DNA from: Candidatus Roizmanbacteria bacterium RIFCSPHIGHO2_02_FULL_40_13b
GTDB taxonomy: Bacteria; Patescibacteriota; Microgenomatia; UBA1406; HO2-37-13b
Length of the DNA stretch: 64,000 nt
Direction: 5' to 3'
NCBI GenBank assembly: GCA_001789445.1
Contig: MFZQ01000014.1
Coordinates: forward strand, 11,557 to 75,556
The position numbers and the translations under genes were made by a program. Each line of letters begins with the position of its first letter. Position 1 is the stretch's first letter. The notes beneath the pieces are model-generated. The model did not search any database, was not told the DNA's origin, and worked only from the letters and a program-made list of their open reading frames with translations. Shown here one piece after another: positions 38,996-48,828 of the stretch.

Positions 38996-39068
38996 GATAC
39001 GCTTATTTCGAGTATCACTGGGATTACACGTACATTGAGGGCCCCTTTGATACGAGAAATAACGTATC
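38996..39068 (+). ncRNA. Candidate structured RNA hairpin, copy B
   Basis: GATAC..TTATTTC-GA-GTATCA-CT-GGG..CCC-TT-TGATAC-GA-GAAATAA..GTATC. Confidence 0.45.
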
Positions 39069-39078
39069 GAGGGAAATT

Positions 39079-39135
39079 GAGATCCTGAAACCCGTCTTCG
39101 CAGGGCTACGCCGAGGCGAGCAAGTTCGGGATGAC
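39079..39135. repeat. REP-like repeat with a nested second palindrome
   Basis: gagatcctgaaac[ccgtcttcgcagggctacgccgaggcgagc]aagttcgggatgac. Uninterrupted form at 62264-62289. Confidence 0.75.
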
Positions 39136-39141
39136 GGTTAG

Positions 39142-40968
39142 TTAGCTCCTCCCTGCTATCCTTCTCGCAGATTGAGTGAGGTAGCGTTTGCGAATTCGCA
39201 GGCTTTTTGGTGTTACTTCAAGAAGCTCGTCATCAGCAATAAAATCAAGTGATTGTTCAAGTGAAAGAATCGTTGCCGGCTCTAGACTTTCTGAGACTCC
39301 TTCTCCACTTGACCGATTATTCGTAAGCTTTTTTTCTCGACACACATGTACCTCGATATCTTCCTCTCGGCTGGCTTGCCCGACAACCATTCCTTCATAC
39401 ACCGTAATACCCGGACCGATAAAAAGCATTCCTCGTTCTTGCGCATTCACCAGCCCATATGTCATCGAGCTTCCGGCTTGTGTGGCAACAAGTGCCCCAC
39501 TTCGAACTTGTTCCATAGGAGATCCTTTTGGTTCATATCCTAAAAAGTACGAGCTCATAATCATCGTTCCACGTGTTTTAGTTAAAAGTGAGGAGCGGAT
39601 TCCGATAAGATTTTGGCTGGATATCTTGTAAATCATCCGCACCGTATCATTTCGATCAGTTGTCACATCAAGCATCGTGCCTTGGCGTTTCCCAAATTCT
39701 TCGCTCACCACTCCCATAAAATCTTTGTGAACATCAATCGTCACTTCTTCATACGGTTCGCAAACCATTCCATCAATCGTTTTGTAAATCACTTGCGGCC
39801 TGGAAACTTCAAGTTCAAATCCTTCCCGTCTCATTGTTTCAATAAGGATCGCTAGATGAAGCTCACCTCGCCCCCGGACCATAAATCCTGTTCCAGAAGA
39901 TGAATCATCTTCAATTTGCAGCCCTAAATTTGTTTGAATTTCTTTGGAAAGTCGTTCTTTTATTTGACGAGAAGTGGTAAATTCTCCTTCACGACCTGCA
40001 AGGGGAGATGTATTTGGACCAATGGTTATTTTAATTGTTGGTTCCTCAATTGAGATTGTAGGAAGTGCAACTGGAGTTGCTGGATCAGTAACGGTTTGAC
40101 CAATGGTAAGCTGGGCGATTCCGGCAAGTGCTACAATATCACCGCTTGTTATTTCCTCAACCTCAACTCGAGAAATTCCTTCACTTGTGTAAAGTTTGCT
40201 GGCTGTATAATTCCCCAAAACTCCTGTTTCATTTACAAGCGTTATTTTTTCACCTTTTTTAAGTTTCCCTTGATTTACTTTTCCAATACAAAGTCGACCG
40301 ACGTACAGATCATGATCGAGCGTAGAAATAAGCATTTGAAATGGTTTATCTTCATCAATCGCACTATTTGGAACTTCTTTGATGACCGTTTCAAAAAGCG
40401 GTGTTACATCTCCTGGAGTTTCGGGCGAATACTTTTCTGGTTTTTCAAAAAAAACTTTTCCGTCCCGACCTACCGCAAAAAGAGTGGTAAAGTGGAGCGC
40501 GGACTCATCATGTGCAAGCTCTAAAAACAAACTCTCAACTTCATGAATGACTTCGTCAGATCGTTCATCTTTTTTATCAATTTTATTTATAACAAGAATT
40601 ATTTTTAAGTGCGCTTCCAGGGCTTTTTTTAATACAAATTTAGTTTGAGGTAAAGGGCCTTCTGCCGCGTCGACAAGAAGGATGGCTCCGCTCGCCATAT
40701 TTATAATTCGCTCAACTTCTCCACCAAAATCCGCATGTCCGGGAGTATCAATAATATTGATCTTATGATCTTTATAGAACACACTCGTATTCTTGGAAAG
40801 AATGGTAATCCCCTTTTCACGCTCCAAATCGTTCGAATCCATGATGAGCGTTTGACCCATTTCTTTTTGATTGTCACGAAATGTATGTGTTTGTTTTAAA
40901 AGGGCGTCCACAAGCGTGGTTTTTCCATGATCAACGTGGGCAATAATAGCGATATTGTATATGTTCAT
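39142..40968 (-). CDS. typA: Translational GTPase TypA/BipA
   Basis: NIAIIAHVDHGKTTLVD, DTPGHADFGGEVER, GRGELHL..LIETMRREG. Confidence 0.96.
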   Translation of the reverse strand: MNIYNIAIIAHVDHGKTTLVDALLKQTHTFRDNQKEMGQTLIMDSNDLEREKGITILSKNTSVFYKDHKINIIDTPGHADFGGEVERIINMASGAILLVDAAEGPLPQTKFVLKKALEAHLKIILVINKIDKKDERSDEVIHEVESLFLELAHDESALHFTTLFAVGRDGKVFFEKPEKYSPETPGDVTPLFETVIKEVPNSAIDEDKPFQMLISTLDHDLYVGRLCIGKVNQGKLKKGEKITLVNETGVLGNYTASKLYTSEGISRVEVEEITSGDIVALAGIAQLTIGQTVTDPATPVALPTISIEEPTIKITIGPNTSPLAGREGEFTTSRQIKERLSKEIQTNLGLQIEDDSSSGTGFMVRGRGELHLAILIETMRREGFELEVSRPQVIYKTIDGMVCEPYEEVTIDVHKDFMGVVSEEFGKRQGTMLDVTTDRNDTVRMIYKISSQNLIGIRSSLLTKTRGTMIMSSYFLGYEPKGSPMEQVRSGALVATQAGSSMTYGLVNAQERGMLFIGPGITVYEGMVVGQASREEDIEVHVCREKKLTNNRSSGEGVSESLEPATILSLEQSLDFIADDELLEVTPKSLRIRKRYLTQSARRIAGRS

Positions 40969-41025
40969 ATTGTTACAAAGGACCACTAATTATATCACGT
41001 TTGGTCCACCTTTTGTGGACCAAAC

Positions 41026-41150
41026 GGAGAGGAGAGGATGGGGGGGATTGGGAGATAGGGAGAATCCTCCCCTCTGTTTTTTTCTCCTCCTCATCTCCTC
41101 CGCCACACCCCATCTCCCTATCTTCTCCTCCCCTCCTCTCTCCTCTTCCC
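41026..41150. repeat. Polypurine/polypyrimidine repeat pair
   Basis: Homologous to 21868-22028. Ends at TGCTATAAT. Confidence 0.75.
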
Positions 41151-41214
41151 ATGCTATAATCACACAGTGCATAAACAACTAACCATCGTCTGTGGATGCG
41201 TTGTACCACTTGAC

Positions 41215-41237
41215 TTATTGCAAATCATTTGCAATAA
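41215..41237. promoter_or_regulatory. Fur/Zur-like operator
   Basis: Perfect 11-1-11 inverted repeat ttattgcaaat-c-atttgcaataa next to TTGACT, just upstream of the ZIP gene. Confidence 0.7.
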
Positions 41238-41246
41238 TACCAATGC

Positions 41247-41990
41247 ATGTCTATATTTCTTCAAATAATTCTTGCAACGTTCATTACCAGCAGTCTTTCT
41301 CTTGTTGGAGGATCTTTACTTATTTGGAAAAAACTTCTTGATCATAAATATTTACCACACTTTGTAAGTTTTGCGGCTGGAGTAATGCTTACAACCGCTT
41401 TTATTGATTTACTTCCCGAAGCTATCGAAAATAGTACAAATCACGCAATATACGAATCTGTCTTACTTGGAATTGTCGTATTTTTCTTTTTGGAGCGCTT
41501 TGTACTTTGGTTTCATCATCACGATGACCTACATGGAACTAAGCCGACAGCAGTCCTTATTCTCTTGGGAGACGCACTTCACAATATGTTTGATGGAGCT
41601 GCGATTGCAGCAGCTTTCCTCACCAATCCGAGTTTGGGAATTGTAACGACTATCGCAATTGCGGCGCACGAAATTCCCCATGAAATTGCTGACTTCACTA
41701 TTCTTATTCATGGTGGAATGAAAAAAACACGAGCTCTCTATTTCAATTTTTTATCTGCACTTACCGCATTCGTTGGGGCGATAAGTGGATACTTTTTTCT
41801 GTCGCAAGTTGAGGAAATTCGGCCGCTATTTTTGGGATTCAGTGCCGGAATGTTCATTTACATCGCCTGTTCAGACCTTATTCCCGATATGCATACTGAG
41901 TTTAAGAAACAAAAAAGATGGAAACAAAGTTGGCCCTTCATTGTAGGACTGTTAGTTGGGTACACACTCATTACAACATTGCATCATTAA
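41247..41990 (+). CDS. ZIP-family metal (zinc) transporter
   Basis: FAAGVML, LLPEA, HHHDDLH, LHNMFDG, HEIPHE. Confidence 0.92.
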   Translation: MSIFLQIILATFITSSLSLVGGSLLIWKKLLDHKYLPHFVSFAAGVMLTTAFIDLLPEAIENSTNHAIYESVLLGIVVFFFLERFVLWFHHHDDLHGTKPTAVLILLGDALHNMFDGAAIAAAFLTNPSLGIVTTIAIAAHEIPHEIADFTILIHGGMKKTRALYFNFLSALTAFVGAISGYFFLSQVEEIRPLFLGFSAGMFIYIACSDLIPDMHTEFKKQKRWKQSWPFIVGLLVGYTLITTLHH

Positions 41991-42095
41991 TTAAAGGAAG
42001 ATTGCACCCAAGATCCCAACCGCAACAAGTCCAATACCGGCTTTCACCCACGTTTTTTTCTCAACCCATAATACCTTATTTTCCTTTTCAGCCAT
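41991..42095 (-). CDS. 34-aa single-TM peptide (not in the ORF track)
   Basis: MAEKENKVLWVEKKTWVKAGIGLVAVGILGAIFL exactly fills the gap and starts 3 nt after the RelE stop. Confidence 0.55.
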   Translation of the reverse strand: MAEKENKVLWVEKKTWVKAGIGLVAVGILGAIFL

Positions 42096-42098
42096 ATT

Positions 42099-42350
42099 TT
42101 ATTTATACACAACTCCTCGATGTCCAACAGAAATGATATTAACTATTTTATCTTTCTCGTTAACTATATAAATTATACGAAAAGGACCTACTTTACTTGA
42201 AAATTTTCCTATTAATTCTCTAGTCAATGGTTTCCAGTAAAAGGGATCCTCTTTTAATTCTCGAATAATGAGTGAAATTACAGATTCGAATCGTTTGGGT
42301 ATTAATTTTAACTGTCGTTTTGCTTTAGGAGCAATAATAACAGTAAACAT
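42099..42350 (-). CDS. RelE/ParE-family toxin
   Basis: A.RQLK, VGPFRIIY, VGHRGVVYK. Confidence 0.85.
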   Translation of the reverse strand: MFTVIIAPKAKRQLKLIPKRFESVISLIIRELKEDPFYWKPLTRELIGKFSSKVGPFRIIYIVNEKDKIVNIISVGHRGVVYK

Positions 42351-42622
42351 TATTCAAAACCCAACTCTTTTTTAACGTCTTCCCAATTTTCACCTTTGCC
42401 TTCACGTATTTCTTTCTCTCCTTGACGAATAGCTTTCATGAGCGCTTTATCAGCTAAAATCTCATTTGTCTCTTTAATAGATTCATATTCTGAAAATGGA
42501 ATGATTATCGCGGCAGGAGCACCATTTACCGTAATAATATATTCGTGAAGTTTTTTGTGAGCGTTATCAACCAATTTCGTTAAATTCCCCCGTGCTTGTG
42601 TGATCGACAATGTTTGTGTCAT
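42350..42622 (-). CDS. Phd/YefM-family antitoxin
   Basis: SITQARGNL..LV, IITVNGAPAAII, EYESIKET. Confidence 0.85.
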   Translation of the reverse strand: MTQTLSITQARGNLTKLVDNAHKKLHEYIITVNGAPAAIIIPFSEYESIKETNEILADKALMKAIRQGEKEIREGKGENWEDVKKELGFE

Positions 42623-42687
42623 ACTGTATATGGTACATAATTCTGTACAGAATGTCAAGAAGTTAAAAAGTAATCTATCTTATTCGC

Positions 42688-43128
42688 TCACGGATTGACA
42701 ATTATTTCTTGGACGAAGTTACCTTCGAGTGGAGAAGAATTGCTGTAGTCGGCATACCGAAGATAACTGGGTTTCAGTTCATAAACCATGATGTCTCCTT
42801 TCTCAATTTTTTCAATTGGGGGCGGCCAATTAAAAAGCTTTCCGTGTTCTATTACTTCTTCTTTTACATAAATTTTTGTAAACATCTGAATAATTGTTCT
42901 AATTTTTTCAAATCCACTAATTGCAATAGCAATTCCATTTGCCTCAACTGTTTTATAACTATCCTGATCACTTACGACAACAGAGACTTTTGAGTTTGCG
43001 GCAATATTTGCAACTTTTGCTGTTTCTGATTTGGTAATAAAATAAAAGTTTAAGTCTTCGTTGGCTACGAAAAACATTGAAGATAAATGAGGAGAGTTAT
43101 CGGGTGAGGTTGTTCCAAAAACAGCCAA
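42688..43128 (-). CDS. Pyridoxamine 5'-phosphate oxidase-like FMN-binding protein (start uncertain)
   Basis: PH.S.M, YFIT..TAKVANI..NSKVS. Confidence 0.7.
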   Translation of the reverse strand: MAVFGTTSPDNSPHLSSMFFVANEDLNFYFITKSETAKVANIAANSKVSVVVSDQDSYKTVEANGIAIAISGFEKIRTIIQMFTKIYVKEEVIEHGKLFNWPPPIEKIEKGDIMVYELKPSYLRYADYSNSSPLEGNFVQEIIVNP

Positions 43129-43194
43129 ATGTCGTGAATTAAGAAATTCATAGACGTCTTGTTTCGTGACTTGAGTGTCTGTATTCTTGCTATT

Positions 43195-43410
43195 CTATTT
43201 GATACTATTTGCAACATATCCTGTTTTTTTTATTTGTTCAAGTATCTCTTTTATTGTAACTTTTTTTTCATCAAATGCAATATCAGTTTGACAGGTAGCG
43301 TATTTTGTTTTTGCCTCGTGTACTCCATCCAAATCTTCCAAGTCAAAATCAATACTCATTGCACATGATGTACAATGCATTCCCTCAATTTGTAATTTTA
43401 TTTTTGTCAT
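43195..43410 (-). CDS. copZ: Copper chaperone (HMA domain)
   Basis: GMHCTSC, TGY. Confidence 0.85.
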   Translation of the reverse strand: MTKIKLQIEGMHCTSCAMSIDFDLEDLDGVHEAKTKYATCQTDIAFDEKKVTIKEILEQIKKTGYVANSIK

Positions 43411-44396
43411 ATAACTTCAATAGTTCCTCGATACATCCCCATGGAACAAGTAAAAGGAATCTGCCCGATTTGTTTGGGAGTAAAGGTAATTGTTTGAGTT
43501 TCATTTGGCAATAAATTCCTTTCTATTCCCAATGACGGAATACGAAATGCCGAAGCACAACTAAATGCGTCTTTACTAGTGAGGATTATTTGTACTGGGA
43601 GATTTTTTTTAACACGAATTGTATTTGGAGAATAACCGGAAGACGTTATTATAATCTCAACATTTTGACTTGTTACTACTTGTTGTTTTGGAGTAGAAGC
43701 AAATAAGGAATTAAGATTTATTGGAGATCCAAGTGCTACTAATGATCCATTGATTGAAATAATACCGAGATACAAAACTGCAAATGCTGCAATTTTCAAG
43801 AATTTTTCTCTGAATGTATCCCCTAATACACTGGTTATCCAACCAACTCCAAAAAACAATGGAGTAGTTCCTATTATAAATGTCGCCATAATAAGTGCTC
43901 CAGAAAGAGCGTTCGCACTACTGATCGCTAATGCTTCCATCGCAAGTGTTGTTCCACAAGGAATAAAAATTGTCATTGCACCAAGAAGTGCTGGTGCAAA
44001 AACTGCTTTGCTTTTAGATTGATTTCGTATCCTCTTTGTCAGAAACCGTGGTGGTTGAATAATTGCATATCGAAATATCGGATGGACATTCAATAGATTC
44101 AGCGCAACAACGATCATATAGATTCCTGCCGCAAGCTGCATAGTAGTTTGAACTGTCTGATTTATTCCAACTGCTTTTCCAAATAGTCCAAGAAGAAATC
44201 CAAGAGCTGTGTATGTGATAAGTCTAGCTATCAAAAATGTTGCTGTAGACAAAATAGGATTTTTTGTATTTACTCCTTTCTCAATTTCCTCTTCTTCACG
44301 TGCGGCAATAACAGAAGCCAGTAACCCACCCTGTACAGCCAAACAGGTTAGTCCTCCAACAGTTAGTCCGGTTATAAATATTACCCAAAGATTCAT
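43407..44396 (-). CDS. DsbD_2/TauE-like membrane protein with C-terminal cupredoxin domain
   Basis: [23 protein letters not shown]. Confidence 0.8.
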   Translation of the reverse strand: MNLWVIFITGLTVGGLTCLAVQGGLLASVIAAREEEEIEKGVNTKNPILSTATFLIARLITYTALGFLLGLFGKAVGINQTVQTTMQLAAGIYMIVVALNLLNVHPIFRYAIIQPPRFLTKRIRNQSKSKAVFAPALLGAMTIFIPCGTTLAMEALAISSANALSGALIMATFIIGTTPLFFGVGWITSVLGDTFREKFLKIAAFAVLYLGIISINGSLVALGSPINLNSLFASTPKQQVVTSQNVEIIITSSGYSPNTIRVKKNLPVQIILTSKDAFSCASAFRIPSLGIERNLLPNETQTITFTPKQIGQIPFTCSMGMYRGTIEVI

Positions 44397-46606
44397 ATGA
44401 TTATTTTGGCCCTTTTTAATAAAAGAGAATTAGTAACGACCGATATTGAACTTGATGCCATTGCAATGGATGCTAAAATAGGACTTAGCACTATGCCAAA
44501 AAATGGGTACAGCACCCCCATCGCAACTGGTATCAGTATTATATTATACCCGAATGCCCAGAATAGGTTAAGCTTAATAGTTCGCATTGTTTTATTGGAA
44601 AGCATGATTGCCGAACCAACAGAACGCAAGTCCTTATTGATAAGGGTAATATCAGCGGCTTCTATGGCCACATCTGTTCCGGTACCCATGGCAATTCCTA
44701 CGTCGGCGGCGGCAAGCGCAGGCGCATCATTAATTCCATCGCCAACCATAGCCACAACTCGATCAGCCCGTTGAAGTTCTCGAATAATTTTTTCTTTATC
44801 TTCTGGCAAAACTTGTGCGTACATTTTCACTATTCCTACTTGGTCAGCAATAGCTTGGGCAGTCCGCTCATTATCACCCGTGATCATAATTGCTTCAATT
44901 CCCATTTTCTGCAAGGCTTGTACTCCAACGTGCGCCGAATCTTTGATAGTATCTGCAACAGCGATAAGTCCGAGGAGGGATCCCTCGCTGGCGAGTAGCA
45001 TTACTGTTTTCCCCTCTCGTTCAAGTTTTTCAATTTCTTCTTTATGAGAGCTCGTCTCGATTTTTTCACGTGTCATCAGACGCATATTTCCAAAAAAAAC
45101 GGTGTTTCCCTCGATTGTACCTTCAACCCCATGACCTGTAATTGCTTTAAATCCTTCGACTTTGCTTAGAGAGAGATTATCAGCTTCTGCTCTTTTCACA
45201 ATTGCCTCAGCAAGCGAGTGTTCAGATCCTTTCTCAAGCGATGCTGCAAGTTGTAACATATTCTGACTACCAATTATATCTGTCACTTCTGGTTTTCCAT
45301 AGGTAAGCGTTCCGGTTTTATCAAAAACAATAGTAGTTATTTTATGGGCAATTTCGAGACTTGCGGCATCTTTAATTAAAATTCCATGCTCCGCTCCCTT
45401 TCCTGTTCCCACCATAATTGCTGTTGGCGTGGCAAGACCCATTGCACACGGACAAGCAATAATGAGCACTGCTACTGTGTTCAGAAGTGCATATACAAAA
45501 CTTGGATTTGGACCAAATATATACCATACTCCAAACGTGATAAACGCGAGCATAATAACAATAGGAACAAAATATGAAGACACAACGTCGGCCAAACGTT
45601 GAATAGGTGCTTTTGAGCCTTGTGCTTCAGTAACCAGTTTGATAATTTGTGCAAGCATTGTGTCTGCACCAACCTTAGTAGCTTTATACAGAAACGTTCC
45701 TGTTTTATTTAGTGTTGCCCCAACGACTATATCATCTTTCATTTTGTCAACGGGAATACTTTCACCGGTTATCATGGATTCGTCAATACTTGATTCCCCC
45801 TCAATAATAATTCCATCGACTGGAATTTTTTCACCTGGTCGAACCCGAATAATATCATCTTTTTGTACTTCTTCGATAGGAACGTCTACTTCTTTTTCAT
45901 CTCGTACAACACGAGCAGTTTTTGCCTGCATTCCTAGTAATTTTTTAATCGCACTACTTGTTCCAAGTTTTGCCTTTGCTTCCAAATACCGACCTAACAA
46001 TATAAGTGCAATTACGAGAACTGAAACGTCAAAATAGGGCATTGTTTCCAGACCAAATCGGGCGATACTTTGGGGAAAAATAGCTACAATTGCTGAAAAA
46101 GAATATGCAACTGTTGTGCCTAAAGCAACAAGTGTGTCCATATTGGCAGTTCGGTGTTTGAGCGCGGGTATCATGGCTCGGTAAAATGTTGCACCAGCCC
46201 AAAATTGAATTGGCGTCGCCAATATAAACTGAATAATTGGATCTTGGAAGAAAAGAGGTGCGGTTTGTGAAAGTCCTGGCAGACTTCCCCAAAGAATGGT
46301 TACTCCTATTGCAAGACTGGTAACCATTTTAATCTCCAACTCATTTAGTTCTTTTTTCTTTTCAAGCTCAATCTCTTGCTCACTTTTCTCTGTAAGTTCA
46401 AGTGTATATCCTGTTTTGCTAATAGCGTCGGCCATATTTTGGGGAGTACATATATCAGAATCGTAGCTAACGGTAGCCTTTCCGGTGGCTAGGTTCACTA
46501 TAGCCTGCGAAACTCCGGGAGTTTTTGAGAGAGCTCGCTCAGTCACCCGTACGCATGATGCACAGTGCATGCCTTTTATTGGAAATGATTTTTTTACTTC
46601 TGTCAT
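44393..46606 (-). CDS. copA: Copper-translocating P1B ATPase
   Basis: GMHCASC, TGES, CPC, DKTGT, SEH, GDGIND, YN and MASSS. Confidence 0.94.
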   Translation of the reverse strand: MTEVKKSFPIKGMHCASCVRVTERALSKTPGVSQAIVNLATGKATVSYDSDICTPQNMADAISKTGYTLELTEKSEQEIELEKKKELNELEIKMVTSLAIGVTILWGSLPGLSQTAPLFFQDPIIQFILATPIQFWAGATFYRAMIPALKHRTANMDTLVALGTTVAYSFSAIVAIFPQSIARFGLETMPYFDVSVLVIALILLGRYLEAKAKLGTSSAIKKLLGMQAKTARVVRDEKEVDVPIEEVQKDDIIRVRPGEKIPVDGIIIEGESSIDESMITGESIPVDKMKDDIVVGATLNKTGTFLYKATKVGADTMLAQIIKLVTEAQGSKAPIQRLADVVSSYFVPIVIMLAFITFGVWYIFGPNPSFVYALLNTVAVLIIACPCAMGLATPTAIMVGTGKGAEHGILIKDAASLEIAHKITTIVFDKTGTLTYGKPEVTDIIGSQNMLQLAASLEKGSEHSLAEAIVKRAEADNLSLSKVEGFKAITGHGVEGTIEGNTVFFGNMRLMTREKIETSSHKEEIEKLEREGKTVMLLASEGSLLGLIAVADTIKDSAHVGVQALQKMGIEAIMITGDNERTAQAIADQVGIVKMYAQVLPEDKEKIIRELQRADRVVAMVGDGINDAPALAAADVGIAMGTGTDVAIEAADITLINKDLRSVGSAIMLSNKTMRTIKLNLFWAFGYNIILIPVAMGVLYPFFGIVLSPILASIAMASSSISVVTNSLLLKRAKIII

Positions 46607-46608
46607 AA

Positions 46609-46968
46609 TTATGTCACTAGTAACTTTCCATGAAACATGCCCATTCCACACGAAAAAATATGTTCACCCGATTTTTCGGGGGTCACTTCAATCGTAACTT
46701 TTTGATTTAGTGGAAGAAATTTGCGAATTTTAAAATCCCCTAAAACAACTTCTTCCAAACAACTTGATTGGTCTTTACGTAAAAAGGTTAATATTGTTGT
46801 TTTATTTTTTTGGATTGAAATAGTGCTTGGAGTATAGCCACCATCTACAACAATTTCTATTTCAGAATCGGCCTTAACAACAGCATCTTTTTTCATCAAA
46901 AAGAACCAATAGGTACATACAATACCAACCATGCTAAAAATTGCAACAAAAATTTTATCTAGTGTCAT
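46609..46968 (-). CDS. Cupredoxin-domain protein (CupA-like)
   Basis: N-terminal [20 protein letters not shown]. Confidence 0.82.
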   Translation of the reverse strand: MTLDKIFVAIFSMVGIVCTYWFFLMKKDAVVKADSEIEIVVDGGYTPSTISIQKNKTTILTFLRKDQSSCLEEVVLGDFKIRKFLPLNQKVTIEVTPEKSGEHIFSCGMGMFHGKLLVT

Positions 46969-46970
46969 AC

Positions 46971-47396
46971 TTAATACCCCCAGTCTTTCTGCCACTGTTT
47001 CATCATGCCTACTTCGGCTGTTTGTGAAGAAATAATATCATCTGCCATTTTCTTAAGTTCGTCATGTTGGGCATTTTTTTGTGCTTCTTTTGCCATCTCA
47101 ATTGCACCTTGATGATGAGGAATCATGGCATTAATGAATGCTCTATCAAACTCGTCGTCACTAGTATCCGATAGTGACTCCATCATGTCATCCATACTTG
47201 AATTCATTCCCATCCCCGTATCTTCCTGATCGACCTCTTTCACTATCTCTTGCTTTTCTGCATTCAAACGCATTCCCATCATACGCATGGCACCTGTCAT
47301 ATTGTTATTAACAGCATTTGATGCAAAAAAAACAGTTAAGACAATACCAGCGAGAAATCCAATTATTCCATACAAAACCGCTTTTTCATTTTTCAT
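46971..47396 (-). CDS. DUF305/CopM-like Met-rich protein
   Basis: FDRAFINAMIPHHQGAIEMA, Q..EV.MM..W. Confidence 0.85.
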   Translation of the reverse strand: MKNEKAVLYGIIGFLAGIVLTVFFASNAVNNNMTGAMRMMGMRLNAEKQEIVKEVDQEDTGMGMNSSMDDMMESLSDTSDDEFDRAFINAMIPHHQGAIEMAKEAQKNAQHDELKKMADDIISSQTAEVGMMKQWQKDWGY

Positions 47397-47422
47397 AGTA
47401 TTCACCACCTTTCAAAAAAATT

Positions 47423-47698
47423 CTATTTCTTAATAAATTTGTTATACGCTATTGCAAATACATATCCAGAAATCCATGCAAATCCGACAAAGGTAATAAG
47501 TCCAACTGTCATTGATCCGATATCTGGTGTTGCTGGTGGCAATGACTTAAAATCAACTCCGTGAAACCAGCTACTCATGACTCCCATGTAACTGTTTTGT
47601 GAAATAGCTACCCAGGCAAGGCAAAGTACATACCATACCCCTCCAACTAGTGCCAGTGCGTTTGCTGTTGCTTTTGGTTCGTGTTGCATATTCATCAC
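47423..47698 (-). CDS. Small membrane protein (DUF5676-like)
   Basis: Two TMs, YVLC, WFHG, YN. Lies in the copper cluster. Confidence 0.65.
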   Translation of the reverse strand: MMNMQHEPKATANALALVGGVWYVLCLAWVAISQNSYMGVMSSWFHGVDFKSLPPATPDIGSMTVGLITFVGFAWISGYVFAIAYNKFIKK

Positions 47699-47703
47699 CC
47701 CCT

Positions 47704-47976
47704 TCAGTTTGATTTTTTAAAAATATTCATAACTTCAGCTATTGCTTCTTCGCTATTTCCGTTTTTAATCGAATCAGAAACACATGATTTGAGATGATTT
47801 TCAAGAATTAGATTGTCTGTTTCTATAATGGCTTTTTGCACGGCCTGCGATTGTGTAAGAACATCAATACAGTATTCATCTGACTCTATCATTGAAATAA
47901 CTTTATTGAGATGACCTCGAGCAATCTTCAACCGATGAAGAACTCGCTCTTTTGAATCTTTTGGTTTGTATGACAT
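47704..47976 (-). CDS. csoR: CsoR-family metal-sensing repressor
   Basis: RLKIARGHL, YCIDVLTQ..AV, HLKSC. Confidence 0.88.
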   Translation of the reverse strand: MSYKPKDSKERVLHRLKIARGHLNKVISMIESDEYCIDVLTQSQAVQKAIIETDNLILENHLKSCVSDSIKNGNSEEAIAEVMNIFKKSN

Positions 47977-47993
47977 AGCTCATTAGGAATAGT

Positions 47994-48039
47994 ATATCCC
48001 CTATAGGGGGATATTACTACATTTGTAAAAAGTTGTCAA
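47994..48039 (-). promoter_or_regulatory. CsoR-type operator and promoter
   Basis: atatcccc-tatag-ggggatat (47994-48014). Minus-strand TTGACA-17-TAATAT overlaps it. Confidence 0.75.
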
Positions 48040-48710
48040 GCGGTAATTGGTGGAGGCTGAATATGTTCTTTTTTGGGAAAAATCGCAACAACGATTCGTG
48101 CGATAAGTACTACAAAAGCAAACCAATAGGTGATTTGACCCAGTAATCGTTTTATTACAAAAACTCCATCCTTTTGTTCCATCAGAAAAAAATGAAGAAC
48201 TACAAGCGCAAGTGCAATATAGCTCGTCATTTGTAATTTCTTCCACATACCTTCAGGAAGTTTTTCAAATATCATATGAAAAGATGAAACGGTTACCATA
48301 AAAAGGATCAACAGTGCGATTAGTCCAGCTTGAATACCAATTGTATTGCTCTTGGTAAAATTAAATAATCGAAAAAAATCAAATTTATAAAAAAACATAA
48401 TGACAAGAAATGTGTGAATTATTGCCAAGACAAAACTTGCAATTCCCCAATGCTTACGATGTACTTTTAAGATATTTACCGCTGGGATAAAACGAGAAAG
48501 TGAGCCGATGAAAAGTGTGATTGAAAGCAATGCAATTGCCACAAGTCCCGTGGTTTTGATCATCTCTGATGGAGTTATTTTGCCGAAATTGTAAAAGAAA
48601 AAATAGATCAATAATATCCCTATTGGTACAATCCAATCGAGCAATTTTTGTAGTAAATTTTTATCCATCGAAAAATGATCTGGGTGTTCCGGTGGTTTAA
48701 GATTTTCCAT
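48036..48710 (-). CDS. Ferric reductase-like TM protein (MsrQ-like)
   Basis: RKHWG..H, WKKLQ..Y..LH. Confidence 0.75.
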   Translation of the reverse strand: MENLKPPEHPDHFSMDKNLLQKLLDWIVPIGILLIYFFFYNFGKITPSEMIKTTGLVAIALLSITLFIGSLSRFIPAVNILKVHRKHWGIASFVLAIIHTFLVIMFFYKFDFFRLFNFTKSNTIGIQAGLIALLILFMVTVSSFHMIFEKLPEGMWKKLQMTSYIALALVVLHFFLMEQKDGVFVIKRLLGQITYWFAFVVLIARIVVAIFPKKEHIQPPPITA

Positions 48711-48828
48711 AATTATGCTCTTTTAATTGTACTGTAATTGCCAACAAAAAAATAGTTATCATAATAAGTTGACACATGATACACATCGGACAAAATTTTG
48801 ATAAAAGAGTATATTTTTATGTGGTCGT

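Noticed and set aside
31490-43197. Alternative genetic code suggested by the two in-frame stops
   Set aside because: TAA, TAG and TGA all terminate well-conserved genes normally in this window.
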